DNA of 64,000 bases from Pseudomonadota bacterium (GTDB lineage Bacteria > Pseudomonadota > Gammaproteobacteria > Burkholderiales > Burkholderiaceae_D): contig JAZKDW010000011.1 of NCBI GenBank assembly GCA_040387375.1, positions 94,837-158,836 on the forward strand, in the 5' to 3' direction. Below, piece by piece: positions 46,392 to 54,404 of this stretch. Every line of letters begins with the position of its first letter. Position 1 is the stretch's first letter. Below the pieces are notes generated by a model. It made no database searches and was not told where the DNA came from. It worked only from the letters and a program-made list of their open reading frames with translations. Both the position numbers and the translations under genes were made by a program.

Positions 46392-47018
46392 TTACGGACG
46401 TGTGCCGGTCGGAAACGGCCAGGCTGCTGCCGGATTCAACACGGTTTTCACTGCAGGCGCCGCTGCAGCTGGTTTCACTGCAGGCTTCTTGGCTGCTGCC
46501 TTTTTAGGGGCGGCTGCTTTTTTAGGCGCTGCTGCTTTTTTTGCTGCCGGTTTGGCGGCTGCTTTTTTAGGAGCGGCTGCTTTCTTGGCTACCGGCTTTT
46601 TGGCGGCTGCTTTTTTAGGAGCTGCTGCTTTCTTCGCTGCGGGCTTTTTGGCGGCTGCTTTTTTAGGAGCTGCTGCTTTCTTCGCTACCGGCTTCTTGGC
46701 GGCTGCTTTTTTAGGAGCTGCTGCTTTCTTCGCTGCGGGCTTCTTGGCGGCTGCTTTTTTAGGAGCTGCTGCTTTCTTCGCTACCGGCTTTTTGGCGGCT
46801 GCTTTTTTAGGAGCTGCCGCTTTCTTGGCTACCGGCTTTTTGGCGGCTGCTTTTTTAGGAGCTGCTGCTTTCTTGGCGACCGGCTTCTTGGCTGCTGCTT
46901 TTTTAGGAGCTGCTGCTTTTTTCGCTACCGGCTTTTTGGCGGCGACTGCCTTTTTGGCCGGAGCGGCCTTCTTCGCAGCGGGCTTCTTCGCTGCGGATTT
47001 TTTTGCTGCTGTTGCCAT
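46392..47018 (-). CDS. Histone H1-like lysine/alanine-rich nucleoid protein (AlgP/BpH-like)
   Basis: 208 aa from the ATG at 47018 (AAGGAGA upstream). It consists almost entirely of AKKAAAPKKAAAKKPV repeats and ends in LNPAAAWPFPTGTRP. Confidence 0.8.
   Translation of the reverse strand: MATAAKKSAAKKPAAKKAAPAKKAVAAKKPVAKKAAAPKKAAAKKPVAKKAAAPKKAAAKKPVAKKAAAPKKAAAKKPVAKKAAAPKKAAAKKPAAKKAAAPKKAAAKKPVAKKAAAPKKAAAKKPAAKKAAAPKKAAAKKPVAKKAAAPKKAAAKPAAKKAAAPKKAAAPKKAAAKKPAVKPAAAAPAVKTVLNPAAAWPFPTGTRP
46555..46938. repeat. 48-bp tandem repeat x8 (coding 16-aa AKKAAAPKKAAAKKP[V/A] units)
   Basis: The period was verified by the position of GCGGCTGC at 46555, 46603, 46651, 46699, 46747, 46795 and 46843, with a variant at 46891. 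Confidence 0.9.
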
Positions 47019-47231
47019 TTGTTTCTCCTTCACGTGATGGAAAATCAAGCTACAAGATGGAAACCCTCCTGCATCATCGCGATGAGTCAGGCGGATTATT
47101 CATCGGCGCAAGCATGCTTCTGTTTGCGCTAATGAATTCGGCACCAGCTGAACTGCTGCATCTCCTCAGTCATGCAGCACTTCAGCCATGATTGGCTACG
47201 CCTCTTTGCAGCAGAGCTGCGGCGATTGGCC

Positions 47232-47258
47232 AAAAAAACGCCGGCATTAATGCCGGCG
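47232..47258 (-). terminator. Rho-independent terminator about 220 nt downstream of nrdB
   Basis: A perfect 20-nt palindrome CGCCGGCATTAATGCCGGCG is followed on the minus strand by T7. Confidence 0.65.
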
Positions 47259-47477
47259 TCGGAATACTGTTTCAGAAAGATCAACCCATTTTTCAAAGAA
47301 AACGCCGCCTTGCCCGACAGGATCAGGCGTAGCGGCGAAAACAGAAAAGATCGATTCGGTCTTGTACTGTTCATTAAATTTGGTTATTGCCTTTCCGTTT
47401 TTTGCAGTCTTTTGTGGTTCCTGTTTATGTCGACTGCTTCTCGTCTCGTTCCAGCCATCTCGCCTGTTGCCGAGATT

Positions 47478-48713
47478 TTATTCCCAGTTCAACGCGCCGC
47501 CAGTTTGATATTCAATGACGCGCGTTTCAAAAAAATTCCGCTCCTTTTTCAGATCGATCATTTCGCTCATCCAGGGAAATGGATTTTCTTCTTGAGCGAA
47601 CATCGGGTCCAGACCGATCTGTTGTGCGCGGCGATTTGCGATGAATCGCAAGTAGCCTTTGAACATTGGTGCATTCAATCCGAGCACTCCACGCGGCATT
47701 GTATCCTCTGCGTAGCGATATTCCAACTCTACAGCCCGCAAAAACAACGATTTAATTTCATCGCGAAATTCGGAGGTCCACAAATGCGGATTTTCCATCT
47801 TGATCGTGTTGATCAAATCGATGCCGAAGTTGCAGTGCATCGACTCATCACGCAGGATGTATTGATACTGTTCGGCTGCGCCCATCATCTTGTTCTGCCG
47901 TCCGAGCGCGAGGATCTGCGCGAAGCCGACATAGAAGAACAGGCCTTCCATCAGGCACGCAAAAACAATCAGCGACTTCAAAAGTTTTTGATCGTTCTCC
48001 GTCGTGCCAGTGGTGAAATGCGGATCCGTGAGTGTGTCGATGAACGGAATCAGGAACTCGTCCTTGTCGCGAATCGAGGCGACCTCATGATACGCATTGA
48101 AGATTTCACCTTCGTCGAGACCGAGCGACTCGACGATGTATTGATAGGCGTGGGTATGGATCGCTTCTTCAAATGCCTGGCGCAGCAGGTACTGGCGGCA
48201 CTCGGGCGCCGTGATGTGGCGATAGGTGCCGAGCACGATATTGTTGGCGGCAAGCGAATCGGCGGTGACGAAAAAACCGAGATTACGCTTGACCAGGCGA
48301 CGCTCGTCTTCAGTCAGGCCATTCGGGTTTTTCCACAGTTCGATGTCGCGCTGCATGTTGATTTCCTGCGGCATCCAGTGGTTGGCGCAACCGGCCAGGT
48401 ACTTGTCCCATGCCCATTTGTATTTGAATGGCACCAGCTGGTTGACGTCGGTCTTGCCGTTGATGATGCGCTTGTCGGCGGCATTCATGCGGCGCGGCGC
48501 TTCGCCGGCTTGCGGATCGGCAGGCCTGGCGACCAGGGCCGGGTTAAGCGCGACATCGCCGAACTGCGCTGCCAGCTGCGCGTTCAGGTGCGTGTTCGAT
48601 TGCGGACGGGCAGCCGACTCGAATGCGGGCTGCAGTTGCGGCTGCAGCGGCGCTGGCGCTTGCGGTGCACGCGGGGCCGGAGCCGGAGTTACTTCATCAT
48701 CCCAGGAGAGCAT
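47478..48713 (-). CDS. nrdB: Class Ia ribonucleotide reductase beta subunit
   Basis: Ferritin-like R2 motifs (FFVTADSL.., [19 protein letters not shown].., RDESMHC). The ATG at 48713 has AAGGAA upstream; the track start at 48770 is an over-extension. Confidence 0.95.
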   Translation of the reverse strand: MLSWDDEVTPAPAPRAPQAPAPLQPQLQPAFESAARPQSNTHLNAQLAAQFGDVALNPALVARPADPQAGEAPRRMNAADKRIINGKTDVNQLVPFKYKWAWDKYLAGCANHWMPQEINMQRDIELWKNPNGLTEDERRLVKRNLGFFVTADSLAANNIVLGTYRHITAPECRQYLLRQAFEEAIHTHAYQYIVESLGLDEGEIFNAYHEVASIRDKDEFLIPFIDTLTDPHFTTGTTENDQKLLKSLIVFACLMEGLFFYVGFAQILALGRQNKMMGAAEQYQYILRDESMHCNFGIDLINTIKMENPHLWTSEFRDEIKSLFLRAVELEYRYAEDTMPRGVLGLNAPMFKGYLRFIANRRAQQIGLDPMFAQEENPFPWMSEMIDLKKERNFFETRVIEYQTGGALNWE

Positions 48714-48939
48714 TGTTGATTCCTTTGTTCTGTCTTTTAATTTGTCTGGTATTTGCACCAGATAGTTCAATCACTGCCGGACTTTTACGTTATCGAGTTT
48801 GTCTCGCCGTAAAATCCGCTTGCGTCGCAGGGCAGGCCCATTATTGAGCCCCCCCTTGTCGCCGGCCCCTGGCCGGCTGGTTTTCACAGGTCACGCACGG
48901 GCTCGAACGGCATCGCCCGGCGCGCCCTGCCCGCGCCCT

Positions 48940-51855
48940 TTACTGGCAAGCTTCGCACTCTTCAAATCCGTCATCGCCGGGACGCAATACACAAGCCGGA
49001 CCATCCAGTTCCTGGGCCGCCGCTGCCGTTGCGTAAGCAGCCGGCATGCCGCCGCTGGCGCTGCCGTCGGCGGATACCGCATTCAAGGCGCCGGTCTTGG
49101 AGGTTGACTTCTCCATGTGCGTGGCGCCGATTGTGCGCAGGTAATAGGTGGTTTTCAGGCCGCGCAGCCACGCCAGCTTGTACGTTTCGTCGAGCTTCTT
49201 GCCGGACGCACCCGCCATATAGATGTTGAGCGATTGCGCCTGGTCGATCCATTTCTGGCGCCGCGATGCGGCTTCGACCAGCCAGGAAGGCTCGACTTCA
49301 AACGCGGTCGCATAGATGTTCCGCAACTCTTGCGGAATGCGATCGATCTTGGCCAGGCTGCCGTCAAAATACTTCAGGTCGGAGATCATCACCTCGTCCC
49401 ACAGGCCGGCCGCCTTCAGATCCCGCACCAGGTATTCATTAATCTCGGTAAATTCACCGGACAGGTTCGACTTCACATACAGGTTCTGGTAAGTCGGCTC
49501 GATACACGCGGAAACGCCAATGATATTGGAGATGGTCGCAGTCGGAGCAATGGCTACGCAATTGGAATTGCGCATGCCGTGCTCCTTGATGCGGCTGCGC
49601 AGCGCGGCCCAGTCCAGGCTTTCGGACATATCGACTTCAAGATAGCCGCCACGCTCTTCCGCCAGCAACTTGAGCGAATCTTGCGGCAGGATGCCACGAT
49701 CCCACAGCGAGCCGCGGTAGGAACTGTAGCGGCCGCGCTCTTCCGCCAGCTCTGACGATGCCTGGTAGGCGTAGTAGCAGACCGCTTCCATGGAACGATC
49801 GGCAAATTCGACCGCGTCTTTCGATGCATACGGTATCCGCATCATGTGCAGGCAGTCCTGGAATCCCATGATGCCGAGGCCGACCGGACGATGGCGCAGG
49901 TTGGAATCGCGCGCTTTCTTGACCGCGTAGTAATTGATGTCGATCACGTTGTCCAGCATGCGCATGGCGGTACGGATGGTCTTTTGCAGCTTGACCTGGT
50001 CGAGCTTGCCGTCTTTCAGGTGCGCCGGCATATTGACGGAGCCCAGATTGCAGACCGCGATTTCAGCGTCGTTGGTATTGAGCGTGATCTCGGTGCACAG
50101 GTTGGAGCTGTGGACGACACCAACGTGTTGCTGCGGCGAACGGATATTGCAGGGATCCTTGAACGTGATCCATGGATGGCCGGTTTCAAACAGCATCGAC
50201 AGCATCTTGCGCCACAGGTCGAGCGCCTGTACTTTCTTGAACAGCCGCAGCTCGCCGCGCGCGCCTTTTGCCTCGTAGCCGGTGTAGGCTTCCTCGAATG
50301 CGCGGCCGAATTTATCGTGCAGGTCAGGCACATCGCTAGGCGAGAACAGGGTCCACTCGCCTTTTTCCATCACACGCTTCATGAACAGGTCAGGAATCCA
50401 GTTCGCCGTATTCATGTCATGGGTGCGGCGGCGGTCGTCGCCGGTGTTCTTGCGCAGGTCGAGGAATTCCTCGATGTCCATGTGCCAGGTTTCCAGGTAG
50501 GCGCAGACCGCGCCCTTGCGCTTGCCGCCCTGGTTGACCGCGACGGCGGTATCGTTGACCACTTTCAGGAACGGCACGACACCTTGCGATTTGCCGTTGG
50601 TGCCCTTGATATGCGCACCCAGCGAACGCACCGGCGTCCAGTCATTACCCAGGCCGCCGGCGTATTTGGCCAGCAAGGCGTTTTCCTTGATCGCATCATA
50701 GATGCCTTCCAGGTCATCCGACACCGTGGTCAGATAGCAGGAGGACAACTGGGAGCGCAGCGTGCCGGAATTGAACAGCGTCGGGGTCGAACTCATGAAA
50801 TCGAAGGACGACAGCAGGTTGTAGAACTCGATGGCGCGCGCTTCGCGGTTGACTTCATTGAGCGCCAGTCCCATCGCCACACGCATGTAGAAGGCTTGCG
50901 GCATTTCGATGCGGATATCGCGGATGTGCAGGAAATAGCGGTCATACAGCGTTTGCAAGCCAAGATAGCCGAATTGCAGATCACGTTCGGGAACCAGCGC
51001 CTCGCCGAGTTTTTTCAGGTCGAATTGCGCCAGCTTTTCATCGAGCAGCTCGGCTTCAATGCCTTTCTTGATGAATTTCGGGAAGTACTCGAGGTACTGT
51101 GCGGGCGCATCGTTTTGCGCCACTTCCAGCCCAAACACTTCTTTGCGGATGGTGTGCATCAGCAGGCGTGCGGTAACCTGGCTGTAGGCCGGATCCTTTT
51201 CCATCAGCGCGCGCGCCGCCAGAATGGCCGACTTGTGCAGTTCTTCGACCGGCACGCCGTCGTACAGATTCTTGACTGTTTCAGCCAGGATGGCGTCGGC
51301 ATCGACGTGCTTTTCCAGGCCGACACAGGCGGCGGTAATCAGGTCGCGCACCTGCGCCATGTCCAGCGGACGACGCTGGCCGTCTTCAATCACATGCAAC
51401 TGGGCTGCGTCGCTGACCGGCTTTGCAGCCTGCTGCTGGGCACGCTCGTCCATGCGCTTGGCGCGATACAGCACATAGGCGCGGGCCACATCGTGTTCGC
51501 CGGAGCGCATCAGCGACAGCTCGACCTGGTCCTGGATATCTTCAATATGGAAGGTGCCGCCGGCCGGCTGGCGGCGCACCAGCGCGGCCACGACGTTGGC
51601 CGTCAGCTGTTCAACGAGTTCGCGCACGCGAGCCGATGCGGCGCCCTGGCCGCCGTTGACTGCCAGGAATGCCTTGGTTACCGCGATCGAAATTTTTGAT
51701 GGCTCGAAACCGACTACTGCGCCATTGCGGCGGATGATTCGATAATCACCCAGCGTAGCGGCGGAATTTTTCGACGAAGGCGCGGAATTTGCTGCGGGAG
51801 GAACGACACCGAATTCGGTGGGGGATTTTGCGGAAACTTCTTGAGTAGAGTGCAC
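48940..51855 (-). CDS. nrdA: Class Ia ribonucleotide reductase alpha subunit
   Basis: 971-aa ORF with an N-terminal ATP-cone (IIRRNGAVVGFEPSKI), catalytic-core motifs (NLCTEI, SNCVAIAPT) and a C-terminal Cys tail (ECEACQ). Confidence 0.95.
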   Translation of the reverse strand: MHSTQEVSAKSPTEFGVVPPAANSAPSSKNSAATLGDYRIIRRNGAVVGFEPSKISIAVTKAFLAVNGGQGAASARVRELVEQLTANVVAALVRRQPAGGTFHIEDIQDQVELSLMRSGEHDVARAYVLYRAKRMDERAQQQAAKPVSDAAQLHVIEDGQRRPLDMAQVRDLITAACVGLEKHVDADAILAETVKNLYDGVPVEELHKSAILAARALMEKDPAYSQVTARLLMHTIRKEVFGLEVAQNDAPAQYLEYFPKFIKKGIEAELLDEKLAQFDLKKLGEALVPERDLQFGYLGLQTLYDRYFLHIRDIRIEMPQAFYMRVAMGLALNEVNREARAIEFYNLLSSFDFMSSTPTLFNSGTLRSQLSSCYLTTVSDDLEGIYDAIKENALLAKYAGGLGNDWTPVRSLGAHIKGTNGKSQGVVPFLKVVNDTAVAVNQGGKRKGAVCAYLETWHMDIEEFLDLRKNTGDDRRRTHDMNTANWIPDLFMKRVMEKGEWTLFSPSDVPDLHDKFGRAFEEAYTGYEAKGARGELRLFKKVQALDLWRKMLSMLFETGHPWITFKDPCNIRSPQQHVGVVHSSNLCTEITLNTNDAEIAVCNLGSVNMPAHLKDGKLDQVKLQKTIRTAMRMLDNVIDINYYAVKKARDSNLRHRPVGLGIMGFQDCLHMMRIPYASKDAVEFADRSMEAVCYYAYQASSELAEERGRYSSYRGSLWDRGILPQDSLKLLAEERGGYLEVDMSESLDWAALRSRIKEHGMRNSNCVAIAPTATISNIIGVSACIEPTYQNLYVKSNLSGEFTEINEYLVRDLKAAGLWDEVMISDLKYFDGSLAKIDRIPQELRNIYATAFEVEPSWLVEAASRRQKWIDQAQSLNIYMAGASGKKLDETYKLAWLRGLKTTYYLRTIGATHMEKSTSKTGALNAVSADGSASGGMPAAYATAAAAQELDGPACVLRPGDDGFEECEACQ

Positions 51856-52120
51856 TGCGCCTCCTGGACTATATTGCCAGCAGCATTGCTGCTGCTTATG
51901 GTTATTGTTAAAACGCCGGTTCGAGCCAGCGTTGACGAAAATACTGCTGCGCTCTGCGCGTGGGTTGACATGTTTTCACATTGACGCCCGCCAGATACGG
52001 CTTGTTTTTTTACTGTAAGAGGGGCTGCTCACTCGCCCCAGCCAACATCAAAAGTACTGCATTCAGGTTGAGGAGTGAGTCGGGCAGTCCAAAATGGAAT
52101 CGTTATCCATACGATAACAA

Positions 52121-52136
52121 GCACTAGATATAGTGA
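52121..52136 (-). promoter_or_regulatory. Candidate NrdR box 1 upstream of nrdA
   Basis: GCACTAGATATAGTGA matches the 16-bp NrdR palindrome consensus acaCwAtATaTwGtgt at about 13/16 positions. Confidence 0.5.
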
Positions 52137-52151
52137 CTTACACTGCTCCAG

Positions 52152-52167
52152 CCACTAATTCTAGTAC
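52152..52167 (-). promoter_or_regulatory. Candidate NrdR box 2 (weaker)
   Basis: CCACTAATTCTAGTAC matches about 10/16 positions. The centre-to-centre distance to box 1 is 31 bp, the typical tandem spacing. Confidence 0.3.
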
Positions 52168-52238
52168 CAGCCAAATCACTATGCAATACCTTTTTGGCCT
52201 CAAGCAAGACTTTAAATTTTAGCTACAAGGTTGACTTT

Positions 52239-52871
52239 TTACAGGATAGCCGGGAAGCGAAGCGCAGTTGCGGTATCTGCTGACGCGCCGGTAGGGCGTA
52301 ACGATTTTTTAACCAGCTGCTGATAGCGAGTCCAGTCAAAAAATGGCCCCGGGTCGGTCTTGCGGCCGGGGGCAATGTGTTGATGTCCCGCCACATCGGT
52401 CAAGGGATAGCGGGCCTGCAACGCGTGCGTCAGCGCCGCCAGCGCGTCATATTGAATGGCGGGATAAGCTTCGCAATCGCTTCCTTCAAGCTCGATGCCG
52501 ATTGAAAAATCATTGCACCGTTCGCGCCCGGAAAAAGTTGACACTCCGGCATGCCATGCCCGGTCATTGACCGACACAAACTGCATTACCACACCCTCGC
52601 GCCTGATCAGAAAATGAGCGGAAACGCGTAATGCGCGCAGGTGGTCGAAATAAGGATGTGCATCATGGTCCAGCCGGTTCGCAAACAAATCCGCGATGTA
52701 GGTGCCGCCGAATTGACCCGGCGGCAAGCTGATGTTGTGAATGACCAGCAAATCGATGGTCCCCCCTTCGGGCCGCGCATCGCAATTCGCCGATTGCGCC
52801 CGCACTACCCCACTGCACCAGCCGTCCGCCGCGACTTCGAATGCAGGCGTGAGAATATTATTCCGGCTCAT
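52239..52871 (-). CDS. ampD: 1,6-anhydro-N-acetylmuramyl-L-alanine amidase AmpD
   Basis: 210-aa amidase_2 ORF (LLVIHNISLPPGQFGG.., VSAHFLI.R.G...QFV...RAWHAG.S.., NDFSIGIELEG). Confidence 0.85.
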   Translation of the reverse strand: MSRNNILTPAFEVAADGWCSGVVRAQSANCDARPEGGTIDLLVIHNISLPPGQFGGTYIADLFANRLDHDAHPYFDHLRALRVSAHFLIRREGVVMQFVSVNDRAWHAGVSTFSGRERCNDFSIGIELEGSDCEAYPAIQYDALAALTHALQARYPLTDVAGHQHIAPGRKTDPGPFFDWTRYQQLVKKSLRPTGASADTATALRFPAIL

Positions 52872-54375
52872 TGATCGACAGCCTCTGCATCCGGTAACGC
52901 AACTGGCGGAAGCTTATGCCCAGCAATTCCGCCGCCTGAGTTCGGTTGAACTGGGTTTTTGCCAGAGCTCGCCGGATGATTTCACGCTCGACGTTGTCCA
53001 GATGATCGGGCAGCGAATTCGGTAAATCGTGTCCGGAGCTTGCCGGCATGGTGGCCTGGGGCGATTCTTCGCGCGGGTTTTGCAGGGCGGCCGCCGATGG
53101 GGGCGCTTGTGTGCGCACTTGCTCCGCAAATTGCATCGCACGTGCTGGCGCAGCGCTCGTCTGCTCGGCGCCCGCTGGCACGGCGCCCGCTTGCACGGCG
53201 CCCGCTTGCACGGCGCCCGCCTTCAGCACCAGGTCGGCCGCTTCGATTATGCCGCTGTTCGAAAACGCCAAGGCGCGCTCAAGGATATTTTCCAGTTCCC
53301 GCACATTGCCTGGAAACGTATACTGACGCAAAACGTCAAGCGCCTCCGGCGTCAGTACCGCCGCCGGCGCAGGCGCCGCGATGCGGGCCAGGATGGCGTC
53401 GGTCAGCAAGCCTATGTCGTCCATGCGCTCACGCAGCGGCGGCAGATTCAATTCAATGACATTGAGCCGATAGTACAGATCCTGCCGGAATTTCCCGGTT
53501 TCGACACAGCGGGCGAGATTTTGATGCGTCGCGCTGATCAGGCGCACATCAACCGGTTCTTCGGACGTTGCCCCAACCTTGCGCACCCGCCGCTCCTGAA
53601 TTACCCGCAACAGCTTGACCTGCATGGCCAGCGGCAAGTCCGCCACTTCATCCAGCATCAGCGTGCCGCCATTGGCAGCCTGAAAAAAGCCGTCGCGATC
53701 CTCGGTGGCGCCGGTGAATGCGCCTTTGCGATAACCGAAAAACTCCGCTTCCATCAGCGCTTCCGGGATGGCGCCGCAATTGACGGCGACGAACGGCTTA
53801 TCGGCGCGCGCGCTCTGCGCATGAATGTCGCGCGCGGCAAGTTCCTTGCCGCTTCCCGATTCGCCAGTCACCGCGATCGGCGCCATGCTGCGGGACAGAC
53901 GAACAATCTGAGTGCATATATCCTGCATGACGCTCGATTTTCCGATCAGGCGCAATGAGGCAGGGGCGCCGGGCGGGCTTCCGGTCTGCATCGATGACTT
54001 CCCGGCCGGGGTAAGACGCAAGGCCGATTGCACCATCATGCGCAGTTGTTCAAGGCCTACTGGCTTCGACAGATAATCGAAAGCGCCCGCTTTCAAGGCC
54101 GCAACCGCGTTGTCCGCACTGCCAAACGCAGTGATGACAGCGATTGGCGTATTTTTGAACTGCGCGGAAACCTCGCGTACCAGATCGATCCCCAGGCCAT
54201 CGGGCAAGCGCATATCGGTCAGCACCAGCGCGTAGTCATTTTGCGCAAGGCGCGTCCGGGCAGCTGCCACGCAGTCAGCGCTGTCGACATCCAGCCCCAT
54301 TTTAAGCAGGGTAATCTCGAGCAATTCACGCAGATCGGCTTCATCGTCGACGACCAGGATGCGGGGGGAAGTCAT
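52858..54375 (-). CDS. pilR: Sigma-54-dependent response regulator, PilR-like
   Basis: It has a receiver (ILVVDDEADLRELLEITLLKMGL..LTDMRLPDGLG, very close to P. aeruginosa PilR as I recall it). It also has an AAA+ domain (GESGSGKE, GAFTGA, ESELFGH-like EAEFFGY) and a C-terminal Fis-type HTH. It is paired with a PilS-like kinase. Confidence 0.8.
   Translation of the reverse strand: MTSPRILVVDDEADLRELLEITLLKMGLDVDSADCVAAARTRLAQNDYALVLTDMRLPDGLGIDLVREVSAQFKNTPIAVITAFGSADNAVAALKAGAFDYLSKPVGLEQLRMMVQSALRLTPAGKSSMQTGSPPGAPASLRLIGKSSVMQDICTQIVRLSRSMAPIAVTGESGSGKELAARDIHAQSARADKPFVAVNCGAIPEALMEAEFFGYRKGAFTGATEDRDGFFQAANGGTLMLDEVADLPLAMQVKLLRVIQERRVRKVGATSEEPVDVRLISATHQNLARCVETGKFRQDLYYRLNVIELNLPPLRERMDDIGLLTDAILARIAAPAPAAVLTPEALDVLRQYTFPGNVRELENILERALAFSNSGIIEAADLVLKAGAVQAGAVQAGAVPAGAEQTSAAPARAMQFAEQVRTQAPPSAAALQNPREESPQATMPASSGHDLPNSLPDHLDNVEREIIRRALAKTQFNRTQAAELLGISFRQLRYRMQRLSINEPE
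53167..53226 (-). repeat. 15-bp in-frame tandem repeat x4 inside the pilR-like gene (coding strand unit GCGGGCGCCGTGCAA)
   Basis: The plus strand reads GGCGCCCGCTGGCAC GGCGCCCGCTTGCAC GGCGCCCGCTTGCAC GGCGCCCGCCTTCAG. This encodes KAGAVQAGAVQAGAVPAGAE in the linker before the HTH. Confidence 0.9.
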
Positions 54376-54404
54376 AAGAAAATATTTTTCATCGTAAACA
54401 TCAA

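Noticed and set aside
46555-46938. Regularly spaced 48-bp repeats considered as a possible CRISPR-like array
   Set aside because: The units are contiguous with no unique spacers. They lie in frame inside a coding sequence, and no cas genes are present in the window.
46351-47132. Two plus-strand ORFs (228 and 259 aa) across the AK-repeat gene, giving FLAAAFLGAAAF-type or CFFRSCCFL-type peptides
   Set aside because: These are artefacts of translating a 48-bp tandem repeat in other frames. The minus-strand frame has an SD, an ATG, a terminator and the known H1-like composition.
47129-47374. 81-aa minus-strand ORF downstream of nrdB, considered as a YfaE-like ferredoxin
   Set aside because: It has no Cys cluster for a 2Fe-2S centre, it spans terminator hairpins, and its composition is not protein-like.
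47172-48719. 515-aa plus-strand ORF covering almost all of nrdB in antisense
   Set aside because: The opposite strand encodes an unmistakable R2 protein with all signature motifs. The antisense product is low-complexity (R/L/V/F-rich) with no recognisable domain and no SD. It is typical stop-codon-poor antisense of a codon-biased gene.
49846-51699. 617-aa plus-strand ORF antisense to nrdA. Similar long antisense ORFs occur at 178-1140, 5461-6567, 6501-7445, 9771-10799, 25565-26236, 26928-27668, 37303-38328 and 42158-43093.
   Set aside because: In every case the other strand carries a gene with clear family signatures. The antisense translations are Arg/Gly/Ala/His-rich, as expected for GC-rich DNA, and lack motifs or plausible starts.
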